Assembly: GCA_002104945.1 (NCBI GenBank)
Contig: MCFH01000011.1
Coordinates: forward strand, 310,001 to 374,000
Direction of reading: 5' to 3'
From: Piromyces finnis finn
Taxonomy: Eukaryota > Fungi > Neocallimastigomycota
Length of the DNA stretch: 64,000 nucleotides
Shown here in pieces: positions 52,567 through 64,000 of this stretch. Within the stretch, counting starts at the first letter, position 1. Every line of letters begins with the position of its first letter. The translations under genes and the position numbers were made by a program. Under the pieces are notes generated by a model. The model made no database searches. It saw only the letters and a program-made list of their open reading frames with translations, and had not been told where the DNA came from.

Positions 52567-54503
52567 TTAATGTTTTGGTTTGTATTCCTTTGGGCCAATC
52601 ATGTTCTTTGGGTTAACCCATTCTTGATATTGTTCAGCAGTTAAGAAACCTAACTTGATACCAGTTTCCTTTAAGGTAGAGTTTTCCTTGTGAGCAGTCT
52701 TAGCAATCTTAGCAGCCTTTTCATAACCAATGTGTGGGTTAAGAGCGGTAACAAGCATTAAACTGTTTTCTAAGTACATTTTAATCTTCTTTTCATTTGG
52801 AACAATACCAACAACACAGTTCTTAGTGAATGAGACACAAGCATCAGCAATTAATTGAATAGAATCTAATAAATTCTTAATAATAACTGGCTTGTAAACG
52901 TTTAATTCAAGATGACCATTGGAACCAGCAACAGTAATGGTGGTGTTGTTACCAAATACTTGACAGCAAACCATAGTTAAAGCTTCACATTGAGTTGGGT
53001 TAACTTTACCTGGCATAATACTGGATCCTGGTTCGTTTTCTGGGAGAAGTAATTCATTGAAACCACATCTTGGACCACAACCCATTAAACGAATATCATT
53101 AGCGATTTTCATTAAAGAGGTGGCAATAGTATTTAAAGCACCGCTAGCTTCAACACAAGCATCGTGGGCAGCTAAAGCTTCGAACTTGTTTGGAGCAGTA
53201 ACAAAATCAAAACCAGTAAGTTCGGAGATCTTAGCAGCAACTTTAACATCAAAACCAACCTTAGTGTTTAAACCAGTACCAACAGCAGTACCACCTAAAG
53301 CTAATTGAGAAAGTCTTGGAAGAACAGCTTCAATTCTTTGAATACCGTACTTAAGTTGAGTACTATAACCAGAGAATTCTTGACCAAGAGTTAATGGGAC
53401 AGCATCTTGAAGATGGGTTCTACCACACTTAATAATATCCTTGAACTTCTTGGAACAATTATCTAAAGCTTCGTAAAGAGTAGTTAAAGCTGGAATTAAA
53501 GTCTTCTTGATTTCAGTAACTGCGGCAATGTGCATAGTAGTTGGGAAACTATAAATAACAAATAATGAATAAATTATTATTTAAATATATATTTATATTT
53601 TAAATTTAGTATTTATAATTTATACTAATATTTTAATAATTAAAAAAAAATAATAAAAATACATACGTATCGTTAGAAGATTGAGACATGTTAACATGGT
53701 CATTTGGATGAACCTTAATTTCATTACCTAAAATTTCACTAGCTCTGTTAGCAACAACTTCATTAACATTCATGTTGGTTTGAGTACCGGAACCAGTTTG
53801 GTAAACAACTAATGGGAAATGGTCAATAAGTTCACCAGAAATTACCTTTGTTAATTAGTTATATTTTATAAAAAATATATTTTTAATATTTGTATTTATG
53901 TAAGTAATTATTAATAATAATAATAATACATACTTCATCACAAGCTTTTACAATAGCTTCACCAATCTTCTTATCAAGACCGAAGGTCATGTTAACTATG
54001 GCGGCAGCCTTCTTTAAAATACCGAAAGAACGGATAACACTTTCTGGCATAACGGCTTTCTTTCCACCAATTTTAAAGTTTTGGAGAGATCTAAGATTAT
54101 TTAATTGAAAATATTTAATATATATATTTCTTTCATTATAAATTTTATAAATAATTGTATTTACCTTTGAGTTTGAGCACCCCAGTAACGATCATATGGA
54201 ACACGGATTTCACCAAAAGTATCATGTTCAATCTTGTATTTTTTTTCAACAGCAACTTTCCTATTTTATATATTGATAGAACAAATTATTAATACTAAAT
54301 AGATTTTTCTCTTTTATATATTATCTATTTATGAAGAAATCAAAATAATTAAAATATAAATAATATATAACACTATTTATATATGATTTTTATTTTATTC
54401 TTTTTTTTTTTTTTTTATCATCTCTTTTATATATATATTTTAAAAATTCATAATCATACTTTGATTGATTTTCTTCAGAATTTTCTTCTCTTGGATGTTT
54501 CAT
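52567..54503 (-). CDS. FUM1: Class II fumarate hydratase, 5 exons, without an N-terminal mitochondrial-type presequence
   Basis: [98 protein letters not shown] and signature [15 protein letters not shown]. First exon reads [14 protein letters not shown]. Confidence 0.96.
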
Positions 54504-55494
54504 TTTTAATTTTATTTTTTTAAAAAAGGAAAAGCTTTATAATACAAAAAAAAAAAAATAAATAAATTATAAATTAGATTTGTTACGCGAAATAAAATAT
54601 TAATTTATCTGACAATTAAAAATATTTTATTTAAAAATAAAGTGGAATAATAATTTTTTTTTTTTTTTTTTTTGGATACTTTAATTTACTTTAGGAATTG
54701 TAAAATTTACTGATTATCTTTTTTTCCTAAAATATTGTTGGATGAAATTATCACCTATAATATATATAAAAACATAAATTGTGTAATCGTACAAATTATA
54801 ATAAATATCTTCATTAGCCATAATTTAATTACAAATTTTATTCTTTTTCAAAAACAACAATTCCATTATTTAATTATTGATTATTAAATATGAATGAAAA
54901 TATTTACAAATAATATTATTGTAAATTCATTGAATAAACTAAATATCTATATACTTACAAAAAACTATTAAATTTTAAATATATATATACTTTTAATGTT
55001 ATTTTAGATAGATTAAAAATTTTCTATTTTTCTTTTATTTTGGTTTTTGTTACTTTGATTATTATATTTAGTATTAAATGATATAAAAAATTAATAAAAA
55101 AATAAAAAAAATTGATATACAGATTATTAAAATAAATTAGAGATTAATCTTAATATTAATTCTAGTATTGATTCTATTTAATAATATAAAGGAATAAATA
55201 AATAAATTCAAAATGATTTATTTACTTTTATAGTTATATTAATTTAATAAATTTAAAAGTTATGTATTAGGTAGTATTCAAATTAAATACTCTTTGATAT
55301 TATAGTTTATCATTTCTCTGATAAAAAACTATTATTTATCATTTAAATTTATTGTAGATTGAAGCTACACAATTAATAATATATATTTCATAAAAAAGTA
55401 TTATATATATAAATAAAAAAAGTTTTATCATATTATAAATAAAAATTTATGTCGTAAGTGAATAAGAATAAAGTATTACAAATATATATGTTGT

Positions 55495-58400
55495 TTAATC
55501 ATAATAAGAGTCGTTTCTTCTTCTTTTTTGTAATGGATAATTATTATAAGATGGTGAAGATATTTGTGCTACCATGTTTGCTATATTTGATGCAGCATTA
55601 ACAGCTGCTCTTCTAGTTTCACGGCCACCAATTTCATTATAAAGGTGATGAATAGTATTATTATTATTTACTTTTGATTGATTATTAGTGGAGTTTGGAA
55701 TATTGGTTCTATTAGTTCTCATTGGTTCTCTATCGGGTAAAGCAATAGTTCTTCTACCACGATGTTGTCTTCTCTTACGTCTATGAAAAATAAATTACAT
55801 TATTTATTTATTACCTATTTAGTAAATTTATTTATTAAAAAGAATGATAAAATATAACATATATATACCTTGATTCTCTTTCATAATCTCTTTCTAATCG
55901 TTCTATATCATCTTCATTTAAAGTATAAATATCTGGTGCAAAATCTAATACAATTTTGTCATTCCGTACTATTGACTTTCTTTCTAATGGAATTAAGAAT
56001 GATTGAGCAACATCATCATCAAGTATTGGACCACCGTTAAATTGATATCCTGATAAATATAATGATTTAACATGTGCTTGAATTTGTTCTCTTATTGAAT
56101 GTGATACAGCAGTCCTTGAGTAATTCAAAAAAGAAAAAGAAAAAAAAAATAATAAAAAAAGTTAATAAAGGAATAATTATTTTTAAACATAAATATTTTT
56201 TAGTTCCATTAAAAATCAAAATCATAATTTATATATTAGGAAAAAAGAAATATTCATAATAATTACTTAAATTCAGGTACTAAACCTAAATCTTCAACTA
56301 ATTTTTCAGCAAATTCTTCAGGATTATTTCTTTTATTACATAAATCCCATTCAAACTTATCTTTCAACCATTGTTTTCCAATAATAATGTCCAACTAAAA
56401 ATAATTAATAATTGTTATATAAATAAAAAATAAAGTTAGAAAAAAAAAATTAAAATTAATAATATTTTATATTAACTTTTACTTTTTAGTAATCATATTT
56501 TTATATTTTACCTTAATTATCATTCTTAATTCATCTAATTCATCATTTGCAATAACGTTATGCTTCATTACATCATTAACAGTATTTCCTTCTTTAATGT
56601 CAATTATATCATTTTCATTTGTTTGTGAATACATATAATATTCATCAATTTGTTCTTTTATAGTTTTAACAATGACAGGTTGAAATGTAGAGTGGGATAA
56701 ATTGAAATCTTCACATATAAGATCTGCAAAATATTCAGGTGTTATGATCGTTTCATTTAAATTCCAAGTAAAAGAATCTCTAAATTTTACGCCATTTAAA
56801 TCAATATCAATGCGTATTGGAACAAGTACTTCCTCTTTTTCTGCAATTTCATTTAATTGTTTTTGATTAAAATTAATTAATTTTGTTCTTCTATTTCCTT
56901 TATTGGGCTGTGCTACTACTAAATTAAAGTATTTTCTTCCAACAGGGGATTTAATTATTCGCTGTAGTTTTTCTCTTTCTTTTATTTCACTTTCCACTCT
57001 TTTTTCTTCCAATATTTGTCTTAAATGATAATCACGAACTCTTTCTGAATAATCATGAATAACCTCTCTCTGGATATATTTTTGAAGTTCGATATTATGG
57101 ATATTATCTAAATAACTTTCTTCTAATTGTGGTATATCGGGTAATACTGGAGGTTTCTCTATTCTCTGAGGTTGAATTGGTATTGTTAACTTATTTAAAT
57201 TCACCATTTGTTCTGGATTAATTATAGTATTTTGTTGATTTCTTCCCTTTCTCCCTACGGGTTTTCTTCCTCTTCCTTTACCTCTAATAGATCTTGATTT
57301 ATTTCTATTCATTTCTTCCTCTTGTTGAGCCATAATGACATCATAATTTGGTACATTATTTACGTTTATTGGAGCTAATGATGCATTTTGCGGATGTAAT
57401 TGCTGCTGACGTAATTGTTGGTATTGAATATGTTGCTGTTGGATCTGTTGCTGTTGGATCTGTTGTTGTTGGATTTGTTGTTGTTGGATTTGTTGTTGTT
57501 GGATTTGTTGTTGTTGGATTTGCTGTTGTTGGATTTGTTGTTGTTGAAATTGATGTTGTAATTGATGATGCTGTTGTAATTGGTGTTGCTGCAATTGATG
57601 TTGTTGTAGTTGTTGTATTTGCTGTTGCCTTAACTGTTGTTGTAATTGTTGTTTTTGAGATTCTTGTATAGGAACTTGAGGATTAGTTTGTTGTTGAAAT
57701 TGTGCTTGTTGTTTTTGTTGTACATACTGAGTTTGACTAAGTTGTGGCTGTTTTTCCTGTTGTTGCTCTTTTAGTATTATTGGAGATTGTATAGGATGTT
57801 GAGATGAAATTCCAATTTGGATCTGTAGTGGGACTTGAGATTGATTTTGTATATTTTGTTGTTGCTGTCCTTGCATTGATTGTTGTCCTTGGGATATTTG
57901 GGACGAAATGGGTGGTATTTGGATTAATTGTTGTTCTTGTTGTTGTATTTGTGTTTGTTCATTTTGTTGTGGTGTCGGCTGAGATAGTTGCTCTTCTTTA
58001 AGTAGTGATACAGTCTCAGTTAATAGTTTCTGTTCTTGAACATTTGTGGCATCATTCGAAAATTGTTGTATAGGCGTTATATTAGTTGAATCATTCTCCT
58101 GAGGTTTTTCATTATCATTCATTATTTGTGTTTCTATTGATTGAGGAATATTATCTAATGTTGTCTGGTTATTTTGTTTATCCTGAGGTTTCTCAGATGC
58201 TATTTCTATTAATTTATTTAGTGATTGAGAGGCATTAATAAGATTTGATGTTGGAGGCAATGATTTATCTGTTGATGGATCATTAAATGTATTAACTATA
58301 TTTGGCAATGTTGCACCTGGAGTATTTGAAGATGCTGAATTTATTGGTGTAGGTGTTATTATATTAGGACTAGTAAGAGTATCTTTAGTTGATATACTAT

Positions 58401-59335
58401 GCAATATTGAATTTTCTGGTAAGGACCGTGGTATTGATGTTGATAATGATGCATAAAGAGTGGAAGCTTGTACTTGACTATTATTAGGCAAGTTTTTTAT
58501 AGAACTTTCTTGTTGTAATTGAATGCTAGGATTTTGTTGATGAATATTATCTTGTTGTTGCTGTTGTGACAAATATGATATTTGAGTTGGATTATCAATA
58601 ATTAAGTTTGTTTGAGTAATGGGTGAAGAAGATGCGATAAGTTCATTATTAAGAGTAGTAATATTAGCTAAATTAGTTGGTGAAGTTAATGATGAACCTT
58701 TTCCTATTGGTATATTAATATTAGTGTTAGGGAGGGCCATTATTGGGGATGTTTTATCTAAATTATTAATTGAGGATTTTATTGTCGATTGAGGATTTAT
58801 TAATTTTGGTGATATAGTTATTGCTTCATTAGGAAAATTTATATATTTATTTTGGTCTTTTAGGGGTATATGAGTTTTAATTATATTAGTACTATCTGTT
58901 GCTGATGAAGCTCCTGATTGTGGATTTAAAGCAAGAGCTTGTGATCCACCAACAATTTGTGAATTATTTAAAGCGGGTGATTGATTTAAACCTTGCTGTA
59001 ATTGCAATAAATTTATGTTATTATTATTAATACCTTGATACACATTTGTTAATAAATTCAAATTATTCAATGGATTTTGATTGGCGTTTGTTAAATTTGT
59101 TTTTTCATTTTTGTTTATATTGTAATATGCATTTAATGGGATTCCTTGACTTTTATATAAAATATATAAATAATTAAATATATAATAGTTAATTTTTAGT
59201 TTTCTCTTTTTCTTTATTATTATTTTTATTATAGTTATTTCATTTTATTAACGAAAAATATCGTATTGTTACTAAATATTATTAACTTATTATAATAACA
59301 AAAAAAAAAAATTACTTATTCCAATTTGGATCCAT
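55495..59335 (-). CDS. SNF5: SWI/SNF chromatin-remodelling subunit SNF5 (SMARCB1) with a long Gln-rich N-terminal region
   Basis: SNF5 repeat 1 EEVLVPIRIDIDLNGVKFRDSFTWNLNETIITPEYFADLICEDF and repeat 2 IIIGKQWLKDKFEWDLC...NPEEFAEKLVEDLGL...AVSHSIREQ, followed by LNEDDIERLERDYERESR-RRKRRQHRGRR. Proposed 20-nt first exon MDPNWN (59335-59316) joins a phase-2 acceptor near 59150. Confidence 0.88.
57431..57545 (-). repeat. 15-bp coding tandem repeat, (QQQQI) x~7, in SNF5
   Basis: Minus-strand CAACAACAACAAATC units with minor variants. Confidence 0.9.
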
Positions 59336-61385
59336 TTTTTTATTTATGTATTATAAATCTTCCTAAAAATTCAATTACCAATTTATATTATTACTTTTTA
59401 TATATTAAAAAAAAATGTTTTTTTTTTTTCTTCTTCTTCTTCTTTATTTTCTTTTTCCTTTTTTTTTAAAAAAAAAAGGTGGATGATATTGATTCCTGTT
59501 CAAAACTGTTTTTTCTAATAATATGTTGTGTTGTAAGCTACGAATATATTTATTATATTTTTTGATAAGTAATCTAATTAGAATAATATGATAACGAATA
59601 TACTTCCAATATTTTCATAAAGATAAGTATTTTTGTAAATTTACAAAATTTTAAGTTCTTTAAATTCAGTATTTTATATAATAAACTACAATTGTATTTT
59701 TATTCATTTATTTATAAAAATAATTGCAACAAATATTTTAAATTTTTGAACTTTTCAAAAAGAAAGGAAATAAGTGAATTATTGAAAATTCAAATTAGGA
59801 TTATTAAAATAAATAATTGTTTTTGAAGTTTTAAAATATTGTATTAATTAAATATAATAACTTTAAATATCTTTAAAGGTAATATTAAATAATATTTTGA
59901 ATAATATACTTCAGTTATAAAATAATATGGTTTTAATATTTAAATTATTGCTAAGATTTTATAAACTTGAGTTCAATATTAATAATATTCTCTTTATAAT
60001 ATTTTTAGTATTTGTATTTGTATCCTTTGATTATTAAGTATATATAATGTTTATATATAAGTATTAATATCTTATATTTTTTACTTGTTACAAATCTTAT
60101 TAATAATTCTACTATTTTTAATGCTTCAATCTACTGATCCAAACAATTTCTTTATAAATATAATTATAAGATTTTTTTTTTTTTTTATGTAATTATTTTC
60201 CAAAAAAAAAAAAAATAAAATAAAATAAAATAAAATAAATAGAATTATAATAAATTCTAATATATATCGAAGTATATGTTTATATATATAGTTAGAATAA
60301 TTTTTTAAATAATTATGCAATATAAAATTTAATGTACAATATATATACATTTTAAATTGTATAATAATGTAGCAACTTTCTCTCTGATAAATAACAATTA
60401 TAATTAATATAGAAAAAATGGAAAAGAAAATATTTATACTACTGTATCTAATCATTAATATAGATGCAGTAGTGTAGTATAGATTTCTAATTATATTATT
60501 TTAAATATCAATGTCATTAACTTTTTTTTTAACATATATAATTTTATAATTTTAATTGCATAAGATGTATATGTATAATACATAAAAGTTTAATAAATTA
60601 AAATTTCAATATTTTGTAATTGATAATTTTAAGTATAATAAATATTGTTATTTGTAATAATAAATAAATTATATCCAATAATGAATTATAATTATTGAAA
60701 AGTTATATTTTAAAAAACTATACATAATCTAAACTAAATAATCATCAACAAAAAAAAAAATGTATTAACAGTAATTTAGATATATATAATTAATATAATA
60801 ATAGCATCATTCAAATATTCAATATTAAAAAAGTAGATAAAAGCAAATATTTTTTCTATATATTAATTAACAAAATATTTTATATACTAGTAATCCTTAT
60901 AAGCAACATCATATTAATAAAATAAAACATTAAAAAATTTATCAAAAAGATAAAAAAGTTAAAATAATATAAAAAAAAACTATTTTATAAAAATAATTTT
61001 ATTTATTATAAATATTATACTTATTTAACAGTTAAATAAATGAATAATTGTTAATATTCTATGCTTTAAAGAAAATAAAAGTAAATTATAATTATGAGTT
61101 AATGGTTACATTATTAGATGATTACGGCATTCTTTTGTTTATTTTTATTTCGTTCATATAATTTGTTTTTGCAGAAATAATAATACTTTATTTACAAAAA
61201 AATTGGAATTAGTTGTTTCAAAATTTTAAATTTATAATTAAAATATATAGTTGTTAATAATAATTAAAATATATTATTCATTTATCTATTTAGGTTTTTT
61301 ATAATTTTTTTTCTATTTGATGGTTTATTAATGTTGTTGTTGTTTGTTCAAAAAATAAATTGGTTTTATTATATCAAATATATCT

Positions 61386-62990
61386 CTATAGATCGTCATC
61401 AGTTAAATTATCAACCTGTGACTCTTCTACTGATATTATAATTGCAACCTCAGTGGGCTCTCTTTTTTTTTGTTCAAAATTTTTCAAGTTCATAACAATA
61501 TTACATATAATTATTGTTAATGCGCCAATAAAAGAACTCCAATTTGGAAATTCACTAAATATTGAAATTCCAATAAGAAATGAAAACACTACATCAAGAC
61601 TTCTTATCTTAAAAAATATTAAAAAATTTATAAAATTATATTAATAAATGAGAATATTAAGTTAGTAATTAATTAATTTTAATAATATCATATTAAATAG
61701 AAATTTTTTTTTTTTATAATATATAATGAATATATTATCAATTAAGACAAAATTTATATACCATAGTTCTTTTTTTGACAGTGCAAATTTGTATTCCTTT
61801 ATTTGTAAAGCATTGAGCAATAAATGCAGATATTGCTATCAAAATATGGATTATCCAATCAAAGGTAGATTCAGGAAGAATTGGATCTTGAGAATGAAAA
61901 ACAAATAATAAAAATCCAGAAATGATACTTGATACTATACCAGAGAAAAATATATGAACTAAAAAGTGTACACCATTCCCTATATAGCGTATAAAAATAT
62001 AAGCAAAGGAACTCATGCATGCACCGAAGAAAGGTAATAAATAAAATACAGCATTGTATTGATAATTATTTGGTAAAATAAACTCTGGTGAAGCTATCAC
62101 CACTATTCCAAGTAAACTTGTAAATGATAATAACCCATCACTTCTTGTTAACTTTTCATCTAAAATAAACCAAGCAATAATAGATGTAATAGCAGGACCT
62201 GAAAATAATACAACTATATTTATAATTAATATATTAAATGTTAATTTGATACTATATTTAAACTTTCTCTTAATATCAACTTTTTTATACAAGAATAACA
62301 TCCTAATTTCTTATATGATATATTATATTCTTTATATAAATTTATATCATTATAATTTTGCATTAATAGAACAAGAAAATATATATTACCTGTATTATCT
62401 GCTAAAGGTAAATAAGCTATACCAGCAAAAAAAAGAATCATACCAATTGAGCTACATGTTCCTCTACATATTAACAAAAAATTATGGTCTGTATCACCCC
62501 AAGGTCTAATTCTTATTATTTTACAACCTATATAGCCAGCAATTACTTGGAATATAGAACGTGTGAATACAGCTTGTAAAAATGAGTATTTTTTGTTTGA
62601 GATTTTCACACATAATGTCATTAATGAAAATGCTATTGTAGATAGTATCTTTATAATTAAAATTGATAAGATTAATAAATATTATATATATATTATTATT
62701 ATTATATTAAAAAAAAAAAGCTTCAGGTTGTTTCTAAGGTGACAAAAAAAAAAAATCTAATTTATTAATAAATTAAAGCGATGTATTGCATTTACCATTA
62801 ATATTATACCCCAATACTCATTATTTTTTCTTTTTCTATAAATACTTAAGATATTATTATGCCTCAATAAACTAACGTCTTCATTATCGATAGTTTCAAT
62901 TTCAGAATCTAAATTTTCTATATTTATGGATAATGTTTTTCCTGATAAAGAATCAATTGTTGTTACATTACTAATACCAGAATCCGTCAT
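61386..62990 (-). CDS. EamA/DMT-superfamily transporter (SLC35G-like), about 10 TM helices, 4 exons
   Basis: YWGIILM-AFSLMTLCVK, QAVFTRSIFQ, LLICRGTCSSIGMILFFAGIAYLPLADNT-VVLFSGPAITSIIAWFILDEKL, GIVVIASP, AYIFIRYIG, AFIAQCFTNKGIQ, WSSFIGALTII. Confidence 0.85.
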
Positions 62991-64000
62991 TCCTTCAATT
63001 CACTTTTCTTATATATATATGTTTTTTAATTATCTATTTACTTCTAGTTCTTATATATTTTCTTTTATTTTTTCTATTATTCTATTATTATAAATAAACT
63101 TGTTTATATAAATATATTCTAAATAATTTCTCTATATTGCTTTATTTTAATAATCTTTTGTCTATAGAGTAATTTGAATTGAATTAAAAAAAGTAATAAT
63201 TTGAAGTACTTAAAATTAAATTTTGATATACTGAAATACTAATTCTTCATGATGCACTTTATATTAAATTGTGTTTGTATTTTTCAATAAGCTTTAAAAT
63301 ATCAATTGAATTTCATATTATTACTATTTTCTTATTTCCTTTAACTTTAAAAACTTTTTTTTTTTTACTTTCATATAAATACTTTTTTTTTTTCAGTTTT
63401 ATTTTTTATTATTTTTTTACATAATATATTATTAAATAACGTCTACTATTATACTATATATTATAATTATATTTTAAAGAATTGTGTTACTTCTAAATTA
63501 AAAATTTTTTAAATTTATTTTTATTTTTATATAATAAATAAAAATTTATTCTATATATGATATCATTTTTTCATTTACTACTTCCAAAAAAAAATATATA
63601 TATATATAATAAATAAAAAAACTATAAATAAACAAAAAATAGACATTAAAAATTATATTTTAATAATATAAATCAACAAAGAAAAATAATACGATGCCAA
63701 TATTAAAAAAAAACTTTTTACAATTAAAATCCTATCTACTCGGATGGATATTTGAATGTCATTCAAACAACCCCGCAATGTCACAAATTGAAAATAAAAA
63801 GTATGATTTTTTTTTTAATTTAACCATATAATTACAAACAATATATACATATATACATAATATATTTAATAATTAAAAATTAAAATCAAAAGAAATCCAA
63901 CTAGGTATATTAGTATATAATTAAATTAATATTTAAATATTAAATAAACTAAACATTATATTTAGAAAAAATCAATTATCTAGTAGCTGGTACGAATAAA

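Noticed and set aside
50263-59335. REV7-fumarase-SNF5 as a DNA-damage gene cluster
   Set aside because: Three co-oriented housekeeping genes with only a loose thematic link. I see no shared regulatory sequence.
63740-64000. Possible first exon(s) of a plus-strand gene at the right edge (ATGTCACAAATTGAAAATAAAAA|GTATGA)
   Set aside because: The obvious splice phases run into a stop and the window ends, so it cannot be supported.

Overview
This is extremely AT-rich, intron-containing eukaryotic DNA with GT-AG introns, poly-A/T runs and long (AAT)n tracts. The gene set (flagellar dynein factors, hevein/CBM18 lectin, CE4 deacetylase, PPG1, leaderless fumarase) fits best with an anaerobic gut fungus (Neocallimastigomycota). 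That assignment is an inference from composition and gene content. I reconstructed 16 multi-exon protein-coding genes by hand from splice sites and frame continuity: C2CD5-like (partial), an SDR, a 6xCBM18 lectin, cystathionine gamma-lyase, a ~1885-aa Asn-rich orphan, chitin deacetylase, FN3K, a PAN-like membrane protein, WDR34/DYNC2I2, DNAAF2/kintoun, PPG1, a PhnP-like MBL hydrolase, REV7, fumarase, SNF5 and an EamA/DMT transporter. I found no convincing RNA genes, mobile elements or CRISPR arrays. Most ORFs in the track are exon fragments or shadow frames of microsatellites. The most notable observations are: (1) an upstream exon that splices in frame onto cystathionine gamma-lyase and encodes a mitochondrial/hydrogenosomal-type presequence, while the fumarase in the same window lacks one; (2) many 3' splice sites preceded by poly-A runs rather than polypyrimidine tracts; (3) a catalytic-domain-free six-hevein lectin; (4) an orphan PAN-like single-pass membrane protein. 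Exon coordinates were read by eye and may be off by a few bases.
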